NCBI GenBank assembly: GCA_051362555.1
Contig: CM120641.1
Coordinates: forward strand, 34,912,401-34,976,400
Reading direction: 5' to 3'
Length of the DNA: 64,000 nucleotides
Source of the DNA: Lingula anatina
Lineage: Eukaryota; Animalia; Brachiopoda
Part shown: piece after piece, positions 49,201 through 62,000 of the stretch
Numbering within the stretch: position 1 is the first letter of the stretch
How the letters are laid out: each line of letters begins with the position of its first letter
Notes under the pieces: model-generated
The model's database searches: none
What the model saw: the letters and a program-made list of their open reading frames with translations, nothing else
What the model was told of the DNA's origin: nothing
Translations under genes and position numbers: made by a program

Positions 49201-50897
49201 TATTATGAACTATGCAAAATTAGAAATCAGTATTCATTTTATTGATGAACTTCTAGACACTGATAGACACTGGTAATTTTAAACCATTGACAGAACTTCT
49301 GAACGATGCTGATGATATTTAAACTTCCCTGCTGTGGTATACCCATACTATTCAGACTGGAAAAACCAAAATATGCATAAAACGATTCATTCATAGGATT
49401 CTTTACATGCACAGTTGAAGGCTTACTTACAAATGATGTGTTATCTTTGTCTTGCGAATATGTTAGGTGCATATTCACAGCAACATAACCAAAAGCCCTT
49501 CCAAATGAAACCATTCATTGTAACATTTATTCTGGGCATTCCTTTCGAGGGCAGGTATAGGCATGGATAAAGAGTTTTTCTGCCACTGGGATAAGGGGTT
49601 TTCTCCAAACTTGATTTCAATTACTTGGCGACTTGAAGCCCAAAGCATACAGTCAAACTTTCCCTTCAAATGTCCTGAAGCAACAAGGTTAGCCTTGCTT
49701 CCCTTTTTTTGCTTCAAGCTTACCTACTTCTGCACTGTAATTCTAGTTATCAGATTTGGGTACATAGAGACACATTTCTGGCATAGGAGCATTTTTTTTT
49801 TATTTAGAAGTTACATTATATTGAACCAACAACATACTATGCTTACTTTAACACTTATTACTGTGCATTCATAAACCTTATTGTCAGGTAGAGTTAGATA
49901 TGACAAAAAAAAAAATCCATTTTAAATTCCAATTTTTTATCTGGATGTGAGTTTATTAATTAAAACTGAAAATTTTGAGACTTCTTAAATCTGCTTCACC
50001 ATTCAACTTGATGTCAGTTATTATCTTTCTTTCAATTCTGTTTAATCCACACACATATATATATATATGCAATGCCTATCTATCTATTTCATTTTTTTTA
50101 TTAGAAAAGCAACACCTGCTTCCAGAATATCAATTAACTTACACAAGAGACTAATTAGACTTCTGGTGTAAATCTGCGTGCACAAGAGCTTTCATGACAA
50201 CATGCCAAGGTGTCAAATACTTGTGTCATGTGTTATAAAAGCACTTCAATGTACTGATGGCACTTACCTGGTGCAACTCTATGTACATGCTCAGCATCTC
50301 TGGTTTCTCCTGAGTCACACATTCATGGAGTAGTGAAGAAAGCATTGACGTCTGAGGATATTCCTGTGAAAAGAAAAGAAAGTCAACATCAGGCAGGTAT
50401 AAACATTATTCTAATGTGACCCCAAATTCATGGAATGTTTTCAAAAGAAAAAAATTACAGCAGTACATATTTTCCAGAGATGAGAACTTTGGGTTATTTG
50501 AAAAATGTATGTTTTCCAGAAGTTCTCTCAGTACTTAAAATATTGACTTTTTACTAAATTTGTAGATTTATCTCTTACATTACGCATCACTTTAATGATA
50601 AGTACATATGCATTAATGGCTTACAACAATCAATACAGATTGTGCTTAACACTAATAAAGCACTTCCATTGTCTTGTTTTTATGGATCACGAAAATGAGG
50701 GAAAAAAGAATGATTGAATGAATGAAAGACGCCTATTACAAATGCTTTAGTGATGGTAAGATGCTTGTGGCACACAATCTCCTAACAGTTGAAAAGCCCT
50801 TTTTCTCCAAGAACCTAAAGTTCAGGGGCATGTTTTAAATGCATTGTGCAAAAAGTTCACAAACTCTATCAGCAGCAACAGAACAAGCATAAATATA

Positions 50898-50945
<48 letters not shown>

Positions 50946-53900
50946 ACCCCTACTCTGAGTTTACCCAAAGGGTTTGTCTGATCTTCAAGAGAATCAAATT
51001 CATTTGAATCAAATAAATATGCCTCCTGAAGATATGAGATAACACAAAATAGAGATAAAAACATCTGAAGAGAAAGAGAATACTTGTTGGTGCAGACTGG
51101 TGCTGTTCCCTGTTCATGACATTACACAGGTCTGCTATAATTCTCGATGACTCTATTTTGGGACATTAGTACTTATGTTATCAAGCTTAGTGTTTTATTC
51201 CTAACTGTTAATACAACTGCTCATATCAAAACATGACTTGTTCTGGATTCTGGATTCCATGCAATCTCTTCATTTTTTTTTCCACCAAGTTTTTCATTTT
51301 TTGTTAACTAACCCAGGTTTCTTAAAAACTGGACAGAAAAGTATTAAATGGATAAGTACAAGAACAATTTAACAGCCAGAAATTTGGAGACTGCAGTTTG
51401 AATTTTATTTGTTTTTTGGCTGATGGAGTGTATAATTTAGATTATTTTTTGACATGCGGTTATTATCAGAGTTCTGTAAGGAACTGGTTGTAGTAATTTG
51501 AATCCGTCCAATGGTATGTACAAAGATGAACTCTTGCTTGCTATGTATCCACACCTGTTACCACTGATGTCATAACACTGGACTAATAATTGCGCATTAT
51601 TCACAGTTGTTAATGTTTCAGTTTTCACATTATCAATGCCCAACATTATTAACACCTTACTTTACCACTAACGTCACGACATAACTTTGTGATTTATGTG
51701 ACAATCCTTGGACCAATAATGTTGAGACATTTCTTAATGTTATAAGGCAACCATTTTATTGATCACCTCATGAATCGAGTGCAATCAATTGAAAGCTCAC
51801 GGAAGTTCAAGATTTTTACACAAGCAATCAACAGAAGGCTCATCTTATTTTTTTATCCTGTTTGTGAAATGTAATGGTTTATGTGGAAAATGAAACTAAA
51901 ACTTATACATTAATAGAATTATAAAATTCATTGAGATTAGTAAGTCAATTAGAATTAAAATTAAAATATTTAAGCCATAAAATATTTGCCAGACAGGGTA
52001 TATTCTTTCAAATAAGAGAAAATACTCAATGAGCCTGCTTTCACCGCAAAGTGACCACTAAAATTCTTGTCATATTAGAGTTAGGAAATGTTGTCACATT
52101 AACCATAACAAAAATGACGTTACATTATCTGTGTATCATAACATTACCAGTGAAGTTGACAATGTGACAACATTTATTGCAGTTGTTGCTTTGTTACATT
52201 AACAGTTGTAACAAACCTTCCAACAATATTACAGGATGAAAAAATAAAAAAAGAGCCCGTAAAACTTTTTAAAAATCCTACAAATTTGCTGGACATAAAC
52301 TTCAGATTGTGCATGATCATTCCCCAGTTTCTGTTATTTTGGTCACTTTGAATAAAAATTGTTCTTTTTAAAAATATGCTCCTAATAGCCTCCACTACAT
52401 TGGCGGCAGACTTGCAAATGTGGCAAAAAATTGTCAATTTCTCTAACACATTCCTCCTTCGGAATTTCCCAAAATTTTTGCTCTGATTGCTGCCCTTCAG
52501 TTCACTAATTGTTTGAAGTTTGCTCTGGTACACGTTATCCTTGAAATACCCCCACAGATAAAAATCTGGGTGGTTCAAGTCAGGTGAATGCAGTGCCCAC
52601 TCAAGGTCACACTTCCTTCTGATCAGTCAGTGACAGAATTTAAATGTGGACATTTCTAATCAAAACTTTGCCATCATTTGTGTTTTCTAGATTTTTTGGA
52701 AATTTTTTTAAAGCATATCAATACAACCACGAACCCTGGGTAACCTGGTCAACATGAGACATGACTTGGAAATACTTAGTTATTTTTCTTCTTATTTCAA
52801 AGCTCGCTCCCCACTGATATGCTGCAGTTTTCCTGTAACAGTGTAAGCCAACTAGTTCACCTGCCTATGAGCAATCAATACCAAAGATTATGACAATCTG
52901 ATCACAATTATATCCAGGTATATCACATCAATGAGAATACTACTGAAACTAGCTTTTGGGAAGTCAGGCATTGTATGACAAAAAAACTTGATGGGAGCTA
53001 TAAGGTTAAATTAATTAACGGAAGCATGTAAATATATCAATTGAATAATTTGACCAATTTCTAGAAACCATGGAAAGCTGGACCTGCCAAGAGCTTTGCC
53101 ATACTTGAACAGAAGGAAAATTGGAGAAGAGGCATCATATGGCAGTGAGTGGAAAATCCATCAAGCATCAAGTAAGGGGTCTCTATTTTAAACTATTACA
53201 AGTATAAGGGACACTGATGACAATTCCCAAACAATAAGACCCACTTCTTAGGATCAATTCCTTGTGAAAGATTTTAGGTCAAGATCATAACATTGGATTG
53301 TTGCTAGACTAATTACAAAGTAGATTTTATCATTTGTTTCAAATATATTCCTTAAAGAGATAACAACTGTTCATTTTGGCCAAAAAATTAATTTTCCTGG
53401 GGTAAAGGACAATTAACCCGTGCTAACCAATGGTTAATGAATCTATTTTGACATTCAAAGTTAGTCCCTGTTTTTTTTTCTAAAAAGTTTGGTTTTCTGT
53501 AATATTCTCTTAAGAGATTATTACAGAGTGTAGATATCTTTAGAGGTCACTTCATGTGATGGCATGCACAAACTGTTTTTGGTGGTAAAATGGAATTTAT
53601 TATATTTCTATAAGCCGTTTACAATGCACTTATTGTGAAATATGGATAAGTTGATTAACTTATGAACAGTTGTTATCCCTTTAAGATCCCACACCCAATA
53701 TGGAAGAAACATTGTCTATTTAAAACTAATAAATTACAACTTCAGCAAAATTCAGACCAAGCCATCATATACTAGAAACTGATGCTAGTTTCCACCACCT
53801 ATCAAAAATCACACAATCAACATTGTCAAATGCTATGTATAGAAAATGCAATTGCACAACTTGAGATGCAAAATTTCAAAAGATACAGAACCAAATTAAA

Positions 53901-55069
53901 TGAAGGAAAAAAGATAAGTTTGCCAGAATCAATCAACTAATTATTTTTAAAGCTAAATCCACACCCACATGTGTCTTGAGAAGAGTGCAGTTAGTGAAAC
54001 AATTAACCAACAGTGTGTATAATAGTACACAGCATTCCAGACCTTTAGTGTATTTTCAGTTTCTTGTCTCAAAGTTTAGCACATCTATCTAGTCAAATCT
54101 GGTTTTATCACAGAATCTATAATCATATGTATAATAATATTCTCCACATCATTGTTGAATTAGATCCACTAATATATCTTTTTTTATATGTCACACAATA
54201 TTGTGGACTCAGGTACAAAAATACACTTTCTAATCAGATCCAGTTACAGTACATTTGACAATGGCAAATAGAGCTAGTATGTTCGCACAAGACACTGTGG
54301 TTTCAACTTCAAATATCTCTCATGTAAAAGGTGACTGTGAGATTAAACTTTTTAAAATGACAGAATTGGTGAATAAGTTTGAAAATCATCATAACTAAGG
54401 TCTTTGCAAATAAAATTTTGTGAAGATCTTTATTTACCTGATCACTATGCTCTTTGCAAAATGATTCTGTAAATGAGAGAATCCTTGCATCTGAAGTAAA
54501 CGACTTGATAACTTCAGGCTGTAAGAAAAACAGTATTTCAGTGGAAAAATTCAAGCTTAAGCTCAGTAACATTTTATATAAAATACCCATTTTAATTATT
54601 TAAACAGATTAAATTAATTAATTTTCAGTTAAATTGGAAAAATTGTGTACAGTAATGGGTGAGAGAAAATGCCCACTCCTGCATATGTACCACCAGCGAG
54701 GTACAACAAAGGGATAAAAACACAAGAAGATAACTACAGTTTTTTTTGATAAAAAAAATTTTCCTTTTTGACACATGAAGGCTGGGATGCCTGTGAAAAT
54801 AAACCTTTAGTCCACTTACTCAGGCAAAATGATTTAACACCAGCTTTTAGATGCATGAAGTCTGAGGCATGGAATCCAAAACCACCATCAGATGGAGAAA
54901 AAAAAAGGTTTGGGGGGAGAGGGGGACATTTATTATTTTTTTCAACAGCCTGAAAGTTCCATAATGATATGACTCATTATTTCTAAACTTAATTTTAAAA
55001 AACCTCTGCATTATTAGCATCACTTTCTTGCTCAATGACAGTAAACACCAATGAATTTCAAACAATGAA

Positions 55070-55132
<63 letters not shown>

Positions 55133-58100
55133 CCTCAGTCACTAACAAAACTGCAATGTTTCAAAAAATATTTACCTGCACTCGCTGATGGCCACCCTTA
55201 TCACTCACAAATGATTTAGCTAACAAGCTGTGGTAACCCTGAAATATACAAGACCCATTGTCATACATTACGATACTGCCTTATTTAGATGTGTAGTTGG
55301 CTAGGATAGTTATATTCATGCACTACTTATTATTTAAATCAATACATAAAATGCAATGCTCCTTCAAGGAATATTCAATTAACACACTGCTCACATATAT
55401 CGTGACTTTGTGCCTAATTTGTTGTCTTTGTCTGTACCTTTGGGTCTTCCATATATGTCAGGTGGCCTGCCCTCTGCTTGACATACAGAGTACCGCTGGT
55501 ACTTAATATGTGTCTAAAATGTAAAACAAATCAATAATATCAGAACAAAGTTATTGCACAAGTAACCTAAACCTTTAGTTAACTATATGCTGTTGTGAAA
55601 TATTTACAGATTTACCACAAATCTAAGAAGTTTTCCATATACATGTCTATGCACATGATATGAAATTTGGTTTCGTGTATAAAAAAGGTATTATCAGATG
55701 AATAAACGTAAACATTTTGAATACCCAGGTTGACCACACTCACTGTAGTTTATTCCAATTTTGGTCTGCGCAAAAAGAGACTGGCCAATACCGCTCTCCA
55801 GTAACAACAACCTAAAAATATTTAAAAATAAATACTTAGTTTGCTTGGTTCATTTTTTTTTTAAGCATATGCAGAGTTACAGTAGTTTTTAAAAAATCTT
55901 TACATCTTCTGTGAATAATTAAATAAATAAATAAAGAGTGCTACTTCCTAACTTGTGCTCTGAAAAGTTTGCATGCATCATTATGCTATACACACTGTAC
56001 ATATCTTCTCAGTGCAGTATCACTTCACCTATTTGCTCTTGCAATCCTCCAGCTCACTACCAATTTTGTAAAATATTTTCTTAAGCAACAGATTGCAATT
56101 CAAAATGAATTGATGCTGTTAAAAGTGAAACCACCATTTGAGTCTATGCAAGAGAGTGGATTATATAGGAATGGCAGACATTTGCTCCACCATCACCATT
56201 AATTCCTTTTTCTTTTTAGAGCACATTCAAAACAAATGATCCATGGACTAACTTGATCCGCCAACTATACATGGCTGACCCCACTTAAAAAGTGCTGCTG
56301 CTAATTCCCTGATGGTTTCCCTGCCTCCACACGCACCGTCATTGCAGGGGCCTAGCAATTAAACCTCAGAGCTGAGATTTTATCCATTTCATGGTACATG
56401 TGGAGGCGGGGAGACCATCAGGGAATTAGCAGCTTGCTTTTTAAGTGGGGTCGTGCATATTTAGTCAGCAGAACAGTTAGTCTGGCGATCATCAGTTCTG
56501 AATGCGCTCTTTGTCATTTCTGTTTATTTTAATTATATGCATTGGCAAACATCAGTGTCTTCATATGTCAATGTTTTCTACAACATCTTCAAGCATTATT
56601 AACCTGACAGTGATCAAATGATATTTATGACATATCTGAATGAATTACAGTGGGCAGCCTTTGCATAAAGGCCACTTCAAACAACAAAATGTGCAATATC
56701 AGATTTATCATTTAAATAAGTATGTAAGGTCAACATTGCATATACAAGTCTTCTAATTTGATAGCAGGTTCAAATAAGCAAGCTTTATTGTCATTGTGTA
56801 ATCATAACAATTATTGGACTCTTGTCAAATTAAAAAAAAGTTCACTTCCTTCTTGTTGTAGAATGCATTGTGGTCAAAGGAGTCAGCGACAGACTCCACA
56901 CAGTTGTCCATAAACATCACAACTGCTAATGAATCCTAATTCCTCACAGTTTCAGCATTCATTTCAGTAAAGCTCCTGAAGAGCAATAACCTACGTCAAC
57001 CATGGTAGAAAAGAAAACCAAAGCCATACATGTCCATGTATCATCAGACAAAGGCCTGGTTTGGTGCCAGAAACTAATTAGCTTGCATGCGAGACCAGTG
57101 CAAGCTCCACTTTTGTAACAACATTCACCAGTATAGTATAACAAAATGGAAAATTCCTCAGCATTTTACAAGAACAGTACAGACGGTTCAGAGTTTGGGC
57201 CAATTCCTCTCTCTGTTTCAGTGATTGTGTTCATTGTGCTTATCCTGTGCATTGTTATTGGAGGCATAGGAAATTTTTCCACAATGGTGACAATCGTAAG
57301 ACTGCCTGATCATCCTAAATCATCCTACTATCTGATTGCAAGTATATCAGCAACACACAGTTTACTCTGTTTCTTCGTCATGCCAGTGCACATGGCATCC
57401 TTGCTTGTTGAGGACCACGAGCTTGGGAGGGGACTATGCGACTATTCAGCATATGCGGCAGCAATCCTTACAACAACGGCAAACTTGCTCTTGTGTGCCA
57501 CGGCATTACAACGGTACATTGGTACCATGCACCCGAGCTGTTTTGGGAAGGTCAAGTCATCCAAGTATACAAGGGGTATGATTGCACTATCGTGGCTTTT
57601 ACCCTTGTTGTTATTTCTTGTTATCAAGTTTGCAGTGTTGGATGAAGCACCTGAATACACACCTATGGACCTGAATTGTAAAATAGCAACGAGCAGTCTG
57701 CTCAACTTCCTCTTGCCTGTTTTGTATGCTCCGTCTACTCTTATCATGCTGTGCTCATATTTGATGCTGTTCTACAAAATTAAGAAGATGAGATCTACAG
57801 TGGCACCTGTTCAGGATAACTTGGAGGTCAGCACCCCTACACCTATGAACGATTACATTGTAAAGTATCAACTCAGACTGACAAAGACGATTTTCCTGAT
57901 CCTCACCGAACACTGCCTGACCGCTATATGTCCCGGATTCATGTGGCTAGCAGCGGCCAACTCTGAAAGTGACCCAAGAGTGCTATCCATCTTGGCTATT
58001 CTCTTAATGAGAATGGGTCCAGTTTTTGATGTTATCATTATTTTGGTCGGAAACAAGTTTTTAAGGTTTCGAATAAAGAATCTGTATGCTCACATCTTTG

Positions 58101-58999
58101 GATATGACAGTGGTGATCCTAATTCTATAAATTGGGCGGTGTGATTATATTGAAAAAAAAAAAAAAAAAAAAACCCCTCATCTTTGGTCTCCAGTAAGGT
58201 ACCTCACACTAAGTGCAATATCTTTATTATTGAAATTGCTTACTAATGTAAACTAAATGCAGATTTTTTTCTGCTTTGATATAAGAGTACCATTGTTTTA
58301 AGTCCAAAAATTATTTAATGTGCAATTAGTTACATTTTATTACTGCATTAGTACATTCAACTGGGTTTTAATGTGCCTATGCCAAGCAGTGACAAATGAG
58401 ACTTGTCACAGTCAATTCTTTGTTTTTGTTCCGTTTTGTAATGACTTTTATTCCCTCATCCAAGACGATAGATGATACAGAAAAGTTCACAGTTCTAGGT
58501 CACTGTAAATAAGATATATAGGAAAGAAGTGTTATTGTAATCATCTTTTTGCTGAGAAAAGCATATTGTGTTTTCATAGGCAAGCAATGGCCATTAAATT
58601 ATTTTTATCACATACTATGGATCATTGTCATGTACATGTATAAGTAAAATAATGGGGCCACTCTGTCTTACCATTGTTAGTCTTTTTTTCCCACATTGTA
58701 TCATACTGACTTTGTAAGGCACAAAAATCCAGTAATAATGAACTTTCAACTTAGTTCACATCTATAGACTAAAGCACATTTTATGTATGTTTTTTGGCCA
58801 GATCTAATGGAATTTTATTTGGTTATATGATCATTTTTATGAGCAAATAAAAATGTATTTTAAAGAATTCTAATTTCCATTGTGGCTGTGTATTGTTCTC
58901 TTAACATCAATGCTGAATTCTTTTCAGTGATGGTTTTACAATTAAAACAACACACGGGTGGGCTTAAAAGCTCTTCTAAATAATATAACCAATTCAATT

Positions 59000-59053
<54 letters not shown>

Positions 59054-62000
59054 AGATTGATTAAGCATCATGAATGTAGAGGACAAGCACAAATACTTTC
59101 ATGTAATCAAAATAAGAGTTCATAAATAAGATTTGGTAACCATAATAATAATAAAATCCTTAATCTTATGAAACTTAATTAAAAGATTTAAAAAGTAGTA
59201 TTGCCAATAAATCCAAATTAGTGAGAATGTGTAGGAATAAAGAAAAAGCCAAGTCCCAGCATATTACTATAACGTTGGAAAAGTCATGCTAACTGCATGT
59301 CATGCTGTGTTACTGCTGACAAAGTTCAAGGTTGATACTTGAAACAAGATCTCCGGATATCAGGCATGAACAGCTTACTACTCAAGTGCTGCGATGGGGT
59401 TTTCCTTATCTATTAATTTCCTGTACACACACTGCTCTTCCAATTAAAGATAATGAGGTCAGAAGGCTAAATGCACAGGCTTACCTGCTGCAATTGGTTT
59501 AATTCCGGTAATAAACAAGGAGCCATGACCTGATACTCTTTGGGGGGACAGGATGAAGATGGCTGAAAATAGATCAAACATACAAAGATTTTTTTAAAAA
59601 TGCATTTCTTGAGAGAGAGAGAAAAAAAATGAACTGACAAACAAACACTCACCTCAGATATTATACACAATACAAGTTACTAGGCTCACATTAATTCTCT
59701 TATGAACATTAAATATTACAATGATTTGATCTAGTAATCAAAAACATTATACAGGGAGAAGATTGAGGGCAATTCTGAAGAAGCTTATATGAAATGAATT
59801 TGTAATTGATACCAACCTTGACAGTAATTTGTAGAGGAACATAGCTAGGGCAGCCTGTGTCAACATCTCGAGGTATAAGAATTCTCGAGTCTGCAGCCAG
59901 CACATACAAATGCCTAAAAGCTTGAAGGTGATACCTGGAATTCATATTAAGAATCCAACCCATTAAAAAGCCACTCTCTGTCAAGTGAAGAGCCAATGAA
60001 ATGAGTATGACCAACACTGCTGAGCTCATCAAATAATTTTCTGCAATTATTTAGATCATTGTTCTTTAAAAACTAATTTCAATTCATTATTTCAAACCTT
60101 TTAAAAACTGTAATTTCGGGTTTTCCCAGACATACAATAAACAAAACAAAGTTATAAACTGTTAAGCAGATGTTAAGTTCAGGCAAAAAAATAAAATAAT
60201 ATAAATAAATAAAAAATAATAAAACCTTCAATAGCTTTGTCTAGTTCAATTGATAAAATCTAATTTTTAGTGGGACAGTTGCATATCCCATGAACAGTTT
60301 CCCTTGACTCACCTGTTATCATTGCTGTGATTGGGAAACTTTGGGAAGAAAGCACACAGCATAGCAGCCACAGCTTCTGGCTTGGTGCTCAGAGTGTATC
60401 TACAATGTAAAATGTACAAATAATTGATAAACTTTGATCCACGCTAACAGAAAACAACTGTCATCACCAAGTGGAAAAGCAAACACATAACTGAGCTTCT
60501 CATTAATCTGGGTGCGCTTCGCTATGCCGAAGGTTCGCTATGCCGAAGGTTCGCTGTGCCGAGGGTTCGCTATGCCGAAGGTTCGTTATGCCGAGGGTTC
60601 GCTGAGCCGAAGGTTCGCTATACCGAGGGTTCGCTATGCCGATTGTTTTTAAAAAGATGTTAATTTTACACACGCCCAATAACTACAACAAGTTCGCCAA
60701 AAATAATTAGAGAATGTTTTCTTGTCAGTAATTTCCTAAATGTGGGTGACGCCCATAGTGCCAAAAATAATTAATAAATTAACTTACAGAACTGGTTATT
60801 TAAAGCGATTTAAGATGTTTATGTCCATAAGGATAAACCTTCAATGCGCAGTTTTAACAAATTCAAATGGTACGGATGGAAGAAGAGAACTTTTAAAACT
60901 CGTTTATTTTCAAAAAAGGCCACTGCTCGCCCCGTTACATAACAAGTACAATGGGTGATGGGTAGCCGACTTTTTCGGCGCAGCGAACCCTCGGCGCAGC
61001 GACCCTTTCGGCACAGCGAACCATCGGCATAGCGAACCTTTGATTTTGGGGCTCCGGAAAAACTTAGCCGATTTTAGACCAATTTTCCGGTTTTGTCGGC
61101 ACAGTGAACCCTCGGCACAGCGAACCTTCGGCACAGCGCGCTGTCCCCATTAATCTAATAACTGTAAAGCATCACTTTCCGTCTTATCTATTCTCAATTT
61201 TTGGATACCTCAATACAAAATATCTGAATGGCACTTGAATTGGCAAATGATATATCTCCCCACCCTTCTATAATAAAAATATATGAAAGCACAAGCAAAA
61301 AGTTTTCTTATCTCACCTTCCTCCACCTAGAAACAGCAGCCCCACGGCCATGCTGACTGCCATGTGTGAGCCATAGAGGACATAGTTGTAGCTTGGCCCC
61401 ACTCTGGTCCTCAACAGGCGGCAGATTCTTAACACCTCCAAATGACCAGTCCCAGCCATCACCTTACCAATAAATGTACACGACAGTATTAGACATTTAC
61501 TGTTGTTTTCAATTCATTTGGAATTTGTACTGGATTCTGCTAAAAAAAAGTCACAATGGTCATTATCTCACTGCTTATTCTATTATTATCATTATTATAT
61601 TTCTAAAAAAATATTTAAATCATTTCTTAGGCTTTTGTTCTAATAAAGACCGACATAAAACAGCATGCACAGTTGACCTTTGTTTTATTGCCTCAGTATG
61701 TGAAGCAGGCTGCAGAGAGAAAACTGACTAGATTATCAACACAGACTGTTAAACTTACCATGGCCAAAGACAGTACCACCACTATGAGGCAGCTTTCTAG
61801 GCTGCTCTTCCCAGCTTGTTCAATGGAGGAGGCAGTGTTCAAATACTGGATGAACACCTTTGCATAGTCCAGCTAGATTTCAGAAAAAAATATTTGTTAA
61901 TATTCCTATATCATATTTCAAAGTATATTAAAATCATATTTGAAAGAATAGATAAATTTCATGTAAAAACGGTGACTAGCATGTAAATTAAGAAAACAAA

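Noticed and set aside
49239-49874. Cluster of 80-100 aa ORFs in an ANAPC1 intron
   Set aside because: No APC1 similarity and no known motif. The flanking ANAPC1 exons already join in phase without them.
57336-58056. Alternative-frame and antisense ORFs overlapping the GPCR
   Set aside because: Shadow ORFs of the real coding sequence.
57146-58144. Opsin or melatonin receptor identity for the GPCR
   Set aside because: No TM7 retinal-binding Lys and no NRY/NAxxY signature. The subfamily cannot be assigned by eye.
60510-60645. CRISPR-like short repeat array
   Set aside because: Head-to-tail 16-bp units with no spacers, in a eukaryotic intron, forming the terminus of a TSD-flanked transposon.
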